Source of the DNA: Octopus vulgaris
Taxonomy: Eukaryota
DNA: 64,000 nt
NCBI GenBank assembly: GCA_951406725.2
Contig: OX597826.1
Location: 68,262,001-68,326,000, forward strand
Direction of reading: 5' to 3'
The notes beneath the pieces are model-generated. The model had not been told where the DNA came from and did no database searches. It worked only from the letters and a program-made list of their open reading frames with translations. The position numbers and the translations under genes were made by a program. Shown here one piece after another: positions 1 through 14,297 of this stretch (positions are counted from its first letter, which is position 1; every line of letters starts with the position of its first letter).

Positions 1-224
1 AAGATGGGTATAGGTTCTGTGTGGTGGTGGAATGTAAGGATATCTGTTTAGTTTACAGGTGAGACAGAAGTATGGATTTGCAAGTTCCTATGAACCATCA
101 AATGAATAGGAAAACTGTGGAAATAAAAAAAATCTACAGAAAAAAAAGCAACCAGGGAAACTAGCGTAACGGTACAGGGAACAAGTCCCAGTTACTATAC
201 ATGTGGCAGGCACTGGAAATATGA

Positions 225-619
225 GGAAAGAAGATTGCTTCCCAACCACATGATTCCGGGTTCAGTCCCATTGCGTGGCACCTTGGATAGGTGACGTCTA
301 ATATAAAACCTCTGACCGAACCAAGCTTTGTAATTGGATTTGGTAGACTGAAACTGAAAGAAGCCTGTCGCATACATACACACACACACACACGTATATA
401 TATGTATATATGTGTGTGTATTTGTGTCTGTTTGTCCCCAACACCATCTCTTGACAATCGTTGTTGGTGTGTTTGTGTTCCCGTAACTTTGCAGTTCGGC
501 AGAAGAGTCCGATAAAATATGTAATAAGTACAAAGCTTACAAAGAATAAGCCCAGGGTTCGATTTCAACAACTAAAAGGCGGTGCTCTTGCATGGACCCA
601 TTGAAATGACTGAAGCAAG

Positions 620-622
<3 letters not shown>
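225..622 (+). mobile_element. tRNA-derived SINE family B (bipartite, with internal microsatellite)
   Basis: B-box-like ccgggttcagtccc, then gcgtggcaccttgg...ggtagactgaaactgaaagaagcc and the tail ggcggtgctc...tgactgaagcaagt. The same blocks recur at about 3058, 15230, 37322, 58996 and 60375. Confidence 0.8.
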
Positions 623-717
<95 letters not shown>

Positions 718-1118
718 GAAAAAGTGAGAGAGATAGGGGAAAGGGAAAGAGAGAGAGGTGGGGCGAAGAAACAACGACAGATTCCGGTGTTTGCTACTGT
801 AATAGTCCCGGTAATCGAAAAATGGGAAACGACGGAGGAGAACACCATGTATTCGATCCCACAAGCGGCCGAAGCCGATGGTACCACACTCACCCACCGA
901 TCAGTATCATCCTGTAAATATGAGGTGGTTGTGAGTCGATAGAAGCCTCGGGAAGGCAGAAACCTTTCATATATATTTATTAGAATACCGATATTGTGTA
1001 CATTTTTCTCACACTTCCCTTCACTAAAAAAATGCCACTCGCTGCATCCATCCATCTGTCAATCCATCCATCTGTCAATCCATCCATCCATCCATCCATC
1101 CGTTTGCTCGTCTGTCTG

Positions 1119-1186
<68 letters not shown>

Positions 1187-1374
1187 ACTATCAATGGTGT
1201 ATGTCTGTACATATGTATATGCGCTTCACTTTAATATGTACAGCAATGTGCATATACATACAGTCATTTATATGTGTGCATGTGTCTGTATATATGTATG
1301 CATGCATGTATTTACGTGCGTATGTGTTTCTGGAGGTTGGTATGTATATATGTAGGCAGAAAAGATGAATGAAT

Positions 1375-1438
<64 letters not shown>

Positions 1439-1443
1439 GTATG

Positions 1444-1527
<84 letters not shown>

Positions 1528-1528
1528 A

Positions 1529-1560
<32 letters not shown>

Positions 1561-2240
1561 ATGTATGTATGTATGTATGTATGTATATATGTATGTATAG
1601 CTATGTATGTATTTCATTTCTGTAAGACCATGTGTAAGACTAGGCATACGAACCACGTTTGCACGTTAAGTGAAAAGTATAAAGAAACTTTAGTGGAGGT
1701 GAGGGAGGGAGATATATTGTCATTGGTTCCAATTTGGTCTGATGTCTGTTTTGTCGTGAAAACTCTGGGGAAATAAAACTAAGAGGCATGCGAAAGAAGA
1801 TGGTATGATGCATGTTTATTCATCCAAATTTTGCTTCCTTCAATCCATCTCTCAATCTCAGACATTCTTGTTCTACTTGCTTCGTTATTCTGTTCATTTG
1901 TATCTACCGATCTTTCTTCCTCTCTCTCCTTCTGGGTCATCTATATTCATATATATCATTATATATACATGATTTTACATATATATACATATATATTATT
2001 TATTTGTTGGACATATTTCACTAAACGAAAATTTCTTAAAAGTAATAACGTAAAGAGTATTTTTATTTTGCTGCATTTTGATAATTTTATTTATGTTCAC
2101 TTTATTTCATTTCCTTGGAAAATTTCAAGACTTTTCTATATTAGTATATAAATAAGCCATGTTACAATCCCTTTCTGTATTCTGACAAACCTTCTTATTA
2201 CCAATATTTTAATCTTTACTATCCCCAAGATGTTTGATCC

Positions 2241-2279
<39 letters not shown>

Positions 2280-2317
2280 TATTGACTATACATGTATATA
2301 GATACATACACACACTT

Positions 2318-2513
<196 letters not shown>

Positions 2514-2602
2514 CCGAAGTCAAATGACTGAAGCAAATATGAGAATATATATATAATGTACATACATACATACACAGACATATAAATGAATTTATATGTA
2601 TG

Positions 2603-2637
<35 letters not shown>

Positions 2638-3057
2638 GTATGTATAAATGTGTGTATCTGTGCATATAAGACAGCTAATCCTATGGCAATTCACTGTGCT
2701 CGAGGGGGGAGGCACAGGAGAGGAAGAGAGCTAGAGGATGAAGAGAGGGAGAGAGAGGATGAAGAACAAACGATCAATACAAGATCGTGTTGATAGCTTG
2801 TGGGTATCGGAATTCGATTACTCACTGGTCTTTCTCTAAATAAGACATATGGAAACATGTGCAGTAAAAGAATGACCAGTGCGACCGTGAACAGCTATTG
2901 TGGAATCACCATGATGGACTTGATCAGCCTGGGGCTACAGCAGTAGTGACTTGCCCAAGATACTACGCATTGGGACTGATTCGAAGAGTAGGTCGTTGCA
3001 AAGCGATCTTCATTATAGCACAGTCATGTGCGAGGGGTTGGATGCATAGGTATATAA

Positions 3058-3410
3058 TATGGCTTTGTGGTTAGAAGCTTGCTTTCCAATCACATGGTTC
3101 CGGGTTCAGTTTCACTGCATGGCACCTCTAACTAGTGTCTTTTACTGCAGCCTCGGCCCGACCAAACCTTGTGATTTGATATGGTAGACGGCAACTGAAA
3201 GAAGCGTGTCGTATATATATATATGTGTGTGTGTGTGTTTATGTGTGTTTAAGTCTTTGTGTCTGTGTTTGTCTCCTCACAGTCGCTTGACAACCGTTGT
3301 TGGTATATTTACATCATTGAATAAGTCTTGGAGTCGATTTCTACTGCTAAATCCACTTGAAGAGGTGCTCCACCGTTGCTACACTCAAACGAATGAATCA
3401 AATAAAAGAC
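3058..3410 (+). mobile_element. SINE family B copy
   Basis: ggctttgtggttagaagcttgctttccaatcacatggttccgggttcag... homologous to 225-622. Confidence 0.8.
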
Positions 3411-3510
3411 AATAATATATATATATATATATATACATATACACACGCAGACACACACACACATACACACACACACACACACATATAGATATCGATATAT
3501 ATATATGTAG

Positions 3511-3552
<42 letters not shown>

Positions 3553-4062
3553 GTTTGCCTGTGCGTGTACACATATTTGTTCGTAACTTCAGCGATTTGA
3601 AAGCCTTCCAGCAATATGAAGCCTCATGGATGACGCAAGTGTATATTTCAATTAAACGCATACCTGCAGGCTTTGTCTAGCAGAAGAGGTTCACATTAGA
3701 TATACCACTTAACTATAGGGCGGAATTATTGTCCAATTTCCATGAAAGAAAAAGATCCCCCACCCACCCGCCAACTTTTCCATGGTATCCCATTTAACTT
3801 TATGGATGTGATTGTCTCCTCTTACGCCAGATCACGCTGACCGAATGACCAACCTTGATTATTGAGAATCTGACATACACTTACATTGTGAACATGTCTT
3901 TATTCTCTATATAATTTGTAACCGATCACCTGTATATTTTACCTGCCTGAAACGCCAGCTTCCAATGGCGTGAACCACCAACTGTTTTATATTGACAAAA
4001 AGCTCTCAACATGTACTTTATTTTCATTTTCAAATACAAATCTGTGTAAGTATGCATGTGTG

Positions 4063-4105
<43 letters not shown>

Positions 4106-4884
4106 ATACATGCACACACACGAACGTATATGTTTGTGTGTGTGTTGTATATATATGTATATATATGTGTGTTTATGTATGTATGTATTTACACGTTTGT
4201 GCTTCTGCGTTTATGTGTGTCCTGTGTGCTAAACTCTCTTTCGTGAATTACTGACGTTTGTACAATATAAAGTCAAGATGTTATACAATAGATTTCTAGA
4301 GAATTTATAAATATGGTAAGAGATGAAGAAAAACACATTAAGAAAGAGAGATAGAGAACAAAAAGGAGATAAAAGAAATTAAGTCAAAATGGAGAGAAAC
4401 GGAAAAGAGAAGTTAAGGGGAGGAAGCATAAACAAAGAATAGAGAGGGAGATAATATAGGGGGAGAATTATTGAGAGGATAACTGAAAAAAACAAAACAG
4501 TGATAGGATTGATCAAATATTTGATAGACATAGGCAGAGAAGGGGAGAGAAAGATGTTGGGTAGTAGGGAAAGAGAGAGGAGAGGAGAAAAGGGGACGCT
4601 CAAGCGAGGGACAGAAGAAGGAAGAATAAGAGGTTGAGGAGAAAAAGAAGAGGAGACAGAGTGACAGAGAAGGAGGAGATGCTTGTAAAACATTGGTAGG
4701 GAGACAATGTGTTAAAACGATGTGATGAAGAGAGGTTCGGCTTTAAACAGTGGAAAAGAGAAATAAAAGGAACTTGATAGGAAACGAGAATATAAGATGG
4801 AGACAGGAAGCTGGGGAGAGCGAGAGAGTGAGGAATTGTACAAGAGAGAGAGAGAGAGAGAGAGAGTGAGTGAGAGAAGTGGAG

Positions 4885-4986
<102 letters not shown>

Positions 4987-5649
4987 GTATATACTTACAC
5001 AACAAGAAAGAGGAGAAAAAGGCAGGGATATAGTCATATAGGGAGAAATGCATTGAAAACTCAAGTGAGGAGCAGACATCGCGATACACACTTTCATGTA
5101 CATGAAGAAACAACATTCAACTAATAATAGAATGAGAGAGACAGAGCTAGCGAGTCACCTATACAGAGAGACAGAGAGAGAGAGAGTGAGAGAAAGAGAC
5201 GGAATGAGAGAAAAGGAGAGAGTTGAGGTGAGAGTAAGGGAGTAGAAATGGAAAAACCATGGAGAGTTGAAGTATTATACATTTGTCATAAAATCAAAAT
5301 ATTTCCGACATATTCATAGAATTTATAAAATGTTTAGAAATCTAAAGTGTTGACATCTTATTGATAGAACCGATGGTTAGTAATACCAGAAATCGTCTTA
5401 CAGAACCGCAGTAAATGTAGTAGGGTGTTTTAGATTCATCCACCGTCGGTACAGGAACCAATAGTTGTGCTAAACTGCCAATTCTGTGGTTTTGTTTTTG
5501 TTTCTGTTTTGTTCAAATCTATTTAAAATTCTTAGCTGGATCGTATAGACTGGATGCCTAAATGACATACACAGTAGAAATTTAGATTCAGATGAATATA
5601 GTACATAAGATAAGGCAACAGAATTTAGTACGGTATTATCCATACAATT

Positions 5650-5992
5650 TCAAAATAAGCAACAAGGATATCCAAAGGTAATGCAGTACGATCGTTTCAT
5701 GCAACTCCATTTAATTGAACAATGCAACCATTTAATTACATCAATTTAAAAGTTAGAGCAATCTCCAGCTGTACAAAGACATAGAATTTAATTAAATTAG
5801 AAAAGAAGGACACATTAGTGTAATTTTACCTAAAATCTCCAAGAAGTTGAGGAGTTAGACAAAGAACATTTTGTACCAACAACATTATAGTTTTAAATTG
5901 ATGCTATAAACTGATTGGATTGTTCAATTATATGGAGTCGCATCAAACGATCGTATTGCATTATCTCTGGATATCCTTGTTGCTTATTTTGA
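5650..5992. repeat. Long inverted repeat (about 100-bp arms, about 140-bp spacer), probable PLE terminus remnant
   Basis: tcaaaataagcaacaaggatatcc...caatttaaaa (5650-5751) is the imperfect reverse complement of ttttaaattgatg...ggatatccttgttgcttattttga (5891-5992). Confidence 0.9.
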
Positions 5993-6410
5993 TGATATAC
6001 ACAGTAGCTACATTAAGGAAGAGATCTAAGTGAGAGAAGTGGTTCGTCTCCTACCTCATTTTGGCTCTCTAGATACAGGTCAGACATTTAACCATGTAAA
6101 AAATAATGGCGGTGTGTGAGGGGGAATATGTAGCTCAATGCAAGAGCAAAGAGTAGTATAAAAAGCGTTGCCAGCCCTCGTATCGTGGTAAGTGATTGTT
6201 TAGTATAAACAATTGCTGCTTTAGTTATTTGTTTGTAAGTGTTGCTGAGTGCGAGGTTATATTTAAGTGCCACAATATACCAAGACTGAAATAATCGACT
6301 CCCTTCTATCACACGCAGTCTAAAATGTTTCCATTATTAACAATGTTTCTCCAAGAGAGGATTTTCCGAGGCAACATCATATTTTTTTAACAAAACAGTT
6401 TTATGTTTCT

Positions 6411-6807
6411 TATTTATTTACGGCTCACAAGGGGCTACACACAGAGGGGACAAACAAGGACAGGGAAACGGACAGTGCGTAACTGGTACTTATTTAATCG
6501 ACCCCCAAAGGATGAAAGGCAAAGTTGACCTCGGTGGAAGTTGAACACAGAACGTAGCGACAGAAGAAATACCTATTTCTTTACTACCCACAAGAAGCTA
6601 AACACAGAGAGGACAAACAAAGACAGACAAACGGATTAAGTCGATTATATCGACCCCAGCGCGTAACTGGTACTTATTTAATCGACCCCCAAAGGATGAA
6701 AGGCAAAGTTGACCTCGGCGGAAGTTGAACACATAACGTAATGGCAGACGAAATACCACCGAGCATTTCGCGCGGCGTGCTAACGGTTCTGCCAGCTCGC
6801 CGCCTTG
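6411..6807 (-). mobile_element. Composite (dimeric or nested) SINE family A with 17-bp TSD
   Basis: Minus strand reads aaggcggcgagctggcagaa...gtcaactttgcctttcatcc..., with the core present twice. Direct repeat aacagttttatgtttct at 6394-6410 and 6808-6824. Confidence 0.88.
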
Positions 6808-7759
6808 AACAGTTTTATGTTTCTAACCATGTAGTAAAGTACCTCAATGTAGTCATGAATGCCATATAGTGTCTGTTCACTCATGCGACAACATATTATA
6901 GTTCTTCAAATTATGACATGTATGGCGTTAAGTTGACAAATACGAAAGACAGTTGTTGCAAAAATTTGTTGAAGTGTATTTATGTCAACATTACTTTCTC
7001 AATGCAATTGTCAGTGTCGAAATCGGGACTTCCATGAGTTTAGCAAGGAAAACCGTTGAGGACATTAGTTGTACTCCTAGGCTCTAAAAGTCTCAACTTT
7101 TCACAACTGAAATGCTTTCATGTGCTTCGCTATTACTCCGTTGGAAACCTTGTTATATTGTTTCCACATCCTATAAAAAGAGAAAAACAAATAACTACGT
7201 CCCTATACGAATACACAAAACCCCTTGGTGCGTAATTTCAACAAAATTAATATCTGCACGCTCTGCATTATGCGTCTTTCAAATATTTATTATGTTAAGG
7301 ACTGAAATAAAAAAAAAAAGTTTTATCGAAATTTCTAAGATTCTTTTAAAATAATAAAATATCACAACACATACATTGAAACACTCAGAACGAATTCGCA
7401 CCACTTCATATCTAAAATACCGCTGGAGTTTGAAGGATGATTTATACTAATGATATAGATCTATTGGTCCGTTACTCAATTTGTGGCCCCACTTCATCAA
7501 TGGTTGCAAATTTATGCGATCTTTGTCTCTCAAAAATGTATAACATCATATTATAGCATTTTGCTTCATTTTAAAATAAAAATTGGAATCGGTAAATAAT
7601 TTCAGATAATTCCATCGGGAGTTATTCAAAAATTTGAGACTATAGGTTGACTAAGTTTATTTCCAACACATTGAGTTTCACATATCTTGAGATATGATCA
7701 TATATTGACAAAAGTGCATTCAGTAATATATCAAGTTTTGGTACAAACTCTGGAATTTC

Positions 7760-7930
7760 GAAAGAGTCAATTACATCGACCCCAGTGCTCAGCTGCAATT
7801 AATTTTATCGACCATAAAAGAATGACAAGCCAAGTCGACCAGGGTATAATTTAAATTCAGGACGTAAATTGCACGAAATGCTATGAAGCATTTTACCCGG
7901 CGTGCTAACTATTCTGCTGTCTTATCGCTT
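7760..7930 (-). mobile_element. Degenerate SINE family A copy
   Basis: tcgaccccagtg...gccaagtcgacc...cccggcgtgctaac matches family A. Confidence 0.65.
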
Positions 7931-10028
7931 TAATACATTCAGTAAAATGTCAGCTGTAAAACGTTTTTAACAATAGTGGTCTCTCTTCAATTGATGTGTT
8001 TTACAAACACGATAGTTAATGCATGAAAAATATCCTGCATTTTGGCAAGTGAACAGGGGAATATTACACGTGTAGTTCGCGAGACAACTGAATAGATAAT
8101 TGTGAGACATCTTTTCTTACAGTATTTTTTTTTTTGTTTTTGTCTTTACAACTAATCAAATTTTGATGACAAATCGTATTTCGATTACGTTTAAGATTTT
8201 CTTCCTTTATAGATTATCACACTATTTCCCTAATTCTTTTGTCTGAATAATCGACAGCACTGAAAAATGGAGGAACGCTTCAATGAGTTTTTGTTTCGAT
8301 AGTATAAAAGATATTGTGTTAAGAGGGCCAAGCGATTTAATTTCTGCCTTTGTAAATCTAAGAGTGCACCATCCATACGTGTGTGCGAGTAATTTATGTG
8401 TGTGTGTGTGTGAGTAATTTGTATGTACGAGTCTGTGTATGGTTGAGTTGTGCATTGTGTATGTGTGTCTTTGCTTACGTGTTTTTCAGGAAAGTCAAGA
8501 CACCGATTTTATGGAATCTCAAACACACGCCAGATATTTTCATTCGGTGGTTGTGTTCTCAAGCTCATTTGCAACCAAGAAAGGCTACAACGTCAGCAGT
8601 TTTTTTCTTCTTGGCGACGGCTAATAACGGAAACGATAGAATATGTGACCGAAGTTATCATTCTTCGTTTGCTATGGTGGTTGCATCGATCTGAAACAGA
8701 TTATTACTTGGTTCTGATGCCTGTTTTTCTGTTCACGAGAACCGTTGACAGTGAGGTTACAATATTTCCAAAGGAAAGAGGGCGGACGCGGGTAAAGTCA
8801 TAATATTCGATATGCAGCCCACAACACTCCTACGAGCCATACAAATACACACAAACATATATCTACAAACACATACACTGTTGTATGCTCTATCTCTCTC
8901 ACTTGTTGAGGATTGTAAGGTCGAAAACTGTCTGAAATGCTATATTCATATATATTGGGGATATTGAGGTCATACATGCACCTTTCTCTCTGTCTTTCTG
9001 TCTGCCTGTCTCTGTCTGTCTGTCTCTGTCTGTCTGTCTCTCTCTCTCTGTTTCTCTCTCTCTCTTTCTCATTCTCTCTCTCTCTCTCTGTGCTTATTGT
9101 CTCTTTCTTCCTCTCGCTACGTTGCTCTTTTCCTATATCTTTTTCTCCTTAGCTCTCTTACACTTGGTTAACTTTCTCTAAGATATGTAATAATGTTATG
9201 ATAGATAATGTTAACATCGAGGTGAGGTTTGAAATGCAGATATATGTCTCTGTTCTCCCCCTCTCCGTTTCTCTCTCTACACCCCTCTCTCTGTCTGCAT
9301 CTGCTCCTCTCTCTCTCTGTCTCATTCTGTCTTTTTCCGATTTGCCTCTCTTTCTCAATATTCTTCTGTTACTATTTCTACTAGTATCTTTTCCACATTT
9401 CCTCTCTTCAAGAAACAGTGCTAACTCACAGCACATATTTCACAAACAGCACACTGTACTATCAGTACGACAGAAATGAGATAAAATTATTGAAATCTTG
9501 CTATATAGTTTGTCGAAAGAGAAAAACAAAATTTTTATAAATGCCAGAATGCAGACTTGATGTCTATTCTGATATCGAGGATGGTAAAGTTATATAATAA
9601 AACCAACTTGAAGGTCATAAACTTGAAAATTTAGCCGAAAGAATGGCGAACTTTCGATTCAGCTTTAGAAATTGTAACCAATTGCAATCTGTAGTGCAAA
9701 TGGTATATAAGCGATATATTATAATAATACTAATAGAAAGGACAATGGAAGGGTAGAATTAAACACGGATGCAATATATATTCGTGGTATATATTTACGA
9801 CCCTTTATGTTCTGAGTTTATATTCCCATTCAGATCAAAATATCTTTCTGGGGACGTCAAGATAAAAGCGAAAGGAAAATACTGCTATTAAAAATATACA
9901 AACGAGATACTTGTGACCCTAAACTATGCATTACAATTGATGTATAAGTGGCTTAAGCTGTTTTTGTTGTTGTTGTTGTTGTTGCTCTTCTTCTTCTTGT
10001 CCTCATTATTTGTATTATTATTATTATT

Positions 10029-11115
10029 CAGTAGTTTTATTTTTATAGCGTGCTTTCACTTCACTACCGAGCGCAGCTCTGTGTGCCTTGGGTATGTGCT
10101 GTGATTTGTTGTGATGCTCTGATGGTTATTGTATGGAAAGTGTTCTGCGTAGGATGTGTGCAGTGCCTAGTAGTGCAATTTTCTGTATGTTATATGTGTT
10201 TGTAAGTCCTGATGTTTTTGTTATGTATTTGTCTGAATATTTTTTTATCATGCCTAATGCACCTACTATGATAGGAATTGTTTCTGTTTTCAGATTCCAC
10301 ATTCTAGTTACCTCTATTTCCAGGTCTTTGTATTTTGAGAGTTTCTCCATTTCTTTTAGAGACACGTTGTCATCAGCCGGTATTGATACATCAATTAGAA
10401 AGCATTTTTTTCTTCATGATCTCTGACAACTATATCTGGTCTGTTGGCCTTAATTTCTCTATCTGTGTGTATCGGCATATCCCAGAGTTTGGTTGCTTTC
10501 TCGTTTTCTGTGATCTTTTCTGGTGTGTGCCTATACCATCTTTTTTCTGTTGTTATTCCATAATGTTGGCATAGCTTCCAATGTATGTAGGTTCCAACTC
10601 TGTCATGTCTGTGAATATATTCCTTCTTAGCCAAGACTGGGCAGCTAGAGATAATATGATTTATTGTTTCTTGTCCATCTCCACATATTCTGCAGTTACT
10701 TGTAATATTTCTTTTCATTACATGTTTTTGGTAATTTCTGGTGGGGAGGCTTTGGTCTTGTGCTGCAATTAAAAATCCCTCTGTTTCTGCTTTGAGTCCT
10801 GAGCTTCTCAACCATTGATGGGATTTTTCTTTGTCTATTTCTTTTGCGTTTAGTTTAGTGCAGTATTTACCATGAAGGGGCTTTTCTTGCCATCGTTTTA
10901 TCATGGTTCGTTGCTGTTCTATTTTTAGTTTGGATTTCATTTGTTTTATAGCTTTTGTTGTTTCTTCATCTTCTTCTTCTTCTTCATGTTTATTAGGTGG
11001 TATGATTTCTTGTTTGTATTTGTCAGCTTCCTTAAATACTGAGAACAGTTTTTTGTTTTGCTCGTGTTTTGCCGCTATCTGGATCAGTTTTCCTTCCTTC
11101 TGAAGTAGATATTTT
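10029..11115 (-). mobile_element. 5'-truncated R4/Dong-clade non-LTR retrotransposon (RLE type) inserted in (TAA)n
   Basis: Translation contains GLKAETEGFLIAAQDQSLPT, a CCHC knuckle (CRICGDGQETINHIISSC), RHDRV, NRPDIVV, DVSIP and EKLSKYKDL. It has an approximately 100-bp 3' UTR and TAA repeats on both sides. Confidence 0.9.
10126..11115 (-). pseudogene. C-terminal zinc knuckle and PD-(D/E)xK restriction-like endonuclease coding region of the Dong-like element, one frameshift
   Basis: ORFs 10395..10940 and 10126..10365 join across a 1-nt shift in the A-run near 10405-10412 (EEKK/CFLIDVSIPADDNVSLKEMEK). The frame stays open upstream to about 11115 (KYLLQKEGKLIQIAAKHE...). Confidence 0.85.
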
Positions 11116-11129
11116 TTTAATTATTATTA

Positions 11130-11193
<64 letters not shown>

Positions 11194-11323
11194 GGTATTA
11201 TTATTAATATTATCTTTTTTTCTTCTTTCAAATTTGCTTCCATTTGCTTCAAATTTGCTTCCAAAAAAGAAAAAATCTGACTATATACATTAAAAGAAAC
11301 ACCGAACTTTTTATTATTTATTA

Positions 11324-11720
11324 CTAGCAGGTCCCGTGAATATTTCATAGAATTAAACATAAACCTGCTGGATTATTTATTCAGTATAATATTATTAATG
11401 GTAAACCTACTGGATTATTTATCCAGAAAACCTGAAAGCGTAGCCTGTGCCGTGTCTCTATGGAATAATTGTCGCTCATCTTCAACTCGCTGAAAAGTGA
11501 AATAAATTGGATCAGTATAAATACTTAATGCACTTTGTATATTTTATGCACAATTTTATAGACTTAATACACAGCACTCATCAAATAAATATTCACTCTT
11601 ATTTGTTCATTTACACAATAACCAAAAAGAAAAGAAAAATATCTCATACATGTGATACAACCTTTAGTTAAATTGCTTACATATATCTCATAAATAAGCG
11701 TGAATATTTCACGGAATTGC
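11324..11720 (-). mobile_element. Possible non-autonomous Helitron 3' end
   Basis: actagc (CTAG|T on the minus strand) lies next to an imperfect hairpin ccgtgaatatttcatag. The hairpin cgtgaatatttcacgg recurs at about 11699-11714. Confidence 0.45.
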
Positions 11721-12309
11721 ACTTATGCGCATGTGTTAGGTGATAAGTGATACAAAGTATTTAGTTTAATTAAAAACAAATACACATACCACTATCCACG
11801 CACCACCACCACCTCCACCACCATCATCATCATTTTCAACTCCTCCTCTTTCCTTCCTCTCCCCCCTCTGCCTCTGCCTTTTCTAAACTCTCCATCGGAA
11901 CATCAGCTCTCTACGAAAATTATATTTCTAACTCTCTTTCTCTTTATCATTACCTTCAACTAATATTTTTATCAACGTAATAATTAATATGTTCGCCCTA
12001 CCACACATGATGGACGCTCTTTTTCTCTCTCCCTCTTTCTGTTTCACTCTTTCTGTCACTCTCTCTCTCTCTCTCTCCGCCTTTTCTCTCTCTCTCTCTT
12101 TCTTCTCCCTCTTTTCCTCTTTTGCTTTTTCTTTCTCCTCTCTTTCCCTTCAACTAATCACTTGAAAACCTTACCATGCCATTCCCTCTTCCTCGCGTCA
12201 TGGACGCTTCTTTCTGTTTCTGCCTTCCTCTTTTACTCTGATAACGTGAAAGCGTTACCAACGGGATGAGTAACGTAACGACAAGCAGAATTATTATAAG
12301 ATTACAAAA

Positions 12310-12700
12310 TGCTTAGGCAGATTTCTTCCGCTGTTACGTACAGATTTCAAATTCTATGGAGGTCACATTTGACTTTGATCCGTTAAAGTTCGATAAAATA
12401 GGACGCAATGAGCAATTGTGTTATCGACTTGGCTCTCCACAAAAAATTTCAGGCCTTGTGCCTATTGTAGAATAACTTGTTTGTATTATTCTATAGGCGG
12501 ATAGGTGGCAGGGTCGTTAGCGAATCGGACAGAATGCCTGGCGGCATGTCTTCTGGTTCTGCACGTTCCGAGCTCAAATCCGCCGATCAAATAAAGTACC
12601 AAATCCCGTCGATAAAATAAAGTACCAGTCAGGTAGTGGGGGTTGTCGACGTAACCAATATGTTCCTCCTTTCAAATTCGTGGCTTTGTGCAAAATTTTG
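12310..12700 (+). mobile_element. Two degenerate SINE family A copies
   Basis: tcaaattc...gtcgataaaataaagtaccag and aaatttcaggccttgtgcc tail motifs. Confidence 0.6.
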
Positions 12701-12704
12701 AATG

Positions 12705-12768
<64 letters not shown>

Positions 12769-12964
12769 GTAGTAGTAGTTCATGTTATTGTTGATGTTGT
12801 TGTTGTTATTGCTGTTGTTTTTCTTCTTGTATTAGAAGCGAAGTAGATTTCATGCTATTACAGCAACGTTGTAGGAAATAGCAGTAACAACAAAAAATGG
12901 CAATATCACCATTTTACCTAAGATATCTTAGAGGTAGCACTAATAGTAGCAACGTTAGTATCAG

Positions 12965-12996
12965 CACTACTACTACTACTACTACTACTACTACCT

Positions 12997-13048
<52 letters not shown>

Positions 13049-13069
13049 CTCCACTACTACTATTATTAT

Positions 13070-13111
<42 letters not shown>

Positions 13112-13212
13112 TACTACTACTACTACTGCTGCTACTGCTACTGCTACTACTACTACTACTACTACCCCCACTACTACTACTACTACTACTACGACTACTA
13201 CTACTACTACTA
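12965..13212. repeat. (ACT)n compound trinucleotide microsatellite
   Basis: Long ctactact run with cct/gct/att variants. Confidence 0.95.
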
Positions 13213-13582
13213 GATAATGCAACAGTAATGTCAACAGCAGAAACAGCATCAATTTTAGTAAAATGCACAGCAGCAGCAGCAGCAGTCACAGTCGCCATGG
13301 CAGCGGTATGAAACAACTTCATTACCCACAACAAACATTTTATCGTTTTGTAAACACGTAAACAACTATAATGAAGCAATGAAATGAAATCTGCGCAGCA
13401 GCAGCAGCAGTAAGGACAGCAGCAGCAGCAGCTGTGTTCCAAAAGAGACCAATAATATAGAAGAGTGAAATTATCAAGAGATATATCTCTATTCTCCATC
13501 TTTGCGACAGAACAAGATACAGATGACAGGTGGAAGCTAGAACAGAGAACAATAGACGACTATATAAATATGCATACAAAGA

Positions 13583-13658
<76 letters not shown>

Positions 13659-13659
13659 A

Positions 13660-13711
<52 letters not shown>

Positions 13712-13718
13712 ATCTATC

Positions 13719-13754
<36 letters not shown>

Positions 13755-13775
13755 TATATATATATATATATTATA

Positions 13776-14160
13776 TTAAATTAGAGACAAAACCACTATT
13801 AGACAAATCAAACAATGAAAAACTTAAGCCAATACATATGATTAGTTTATATTATATTATTTATATTATATTATTTAAATATGTAACAAAATTATTAAAA
13901 AATATAATTAATATCACACTAATAAGAGTGAAAAATTGAATATTGATTTAATGTCAACTTAAAACCAGTGGCCTAGCATATTGAAAGATCTGAAGATTCA
14001 GAAAAATTATATTGCATATATATAAGTGGGAAAACCACTAAGTGGACATCCCTTATGCTAGATGTAGACACCATAGAACCTGACCACTGAGAAAAGATTG
14101 TTCTGAAGAAAATTTAGCAAACGCCAGAACGTAAGCGAGCAAGACAAATGAAAAGATACA
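13776..14160 (+). repeat. Dispersed repeat embedded in TA runs (copies at 38188-38300 and, partially, 34905-34960)
   Basis: ttaaattagagacaaaaccactattag.ca.atcaaacaatgaaaaactt.agccaatacat is shared with 38188-38252; aaaacca.taagtgg.ca.cc.tatgctaga is shared with about 34916-34945. Confidence 0.75.
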
Positions 14161-14191
14161 AAATATTTGTATCTCTTAAATATACACACAC

Positions 14192-14261
<70 letters not shown>

Positions 14262-14266
14262 ATATT

Positions 14267-14297
<31 letters not shown>

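Noticed and set aside
8470-8803. Plus-strand exon after gtttttcag at 8489
   Set aside because: No recognisable peptide or convincing donor; may be non-coding unique sequence.
12897-13499. Mucin-like poly-Thr / poly-Ser ORFs
   Set aside because: Entirely (ACT)n and (CAG)n microsatellite, with no exon or signal-peptide support.
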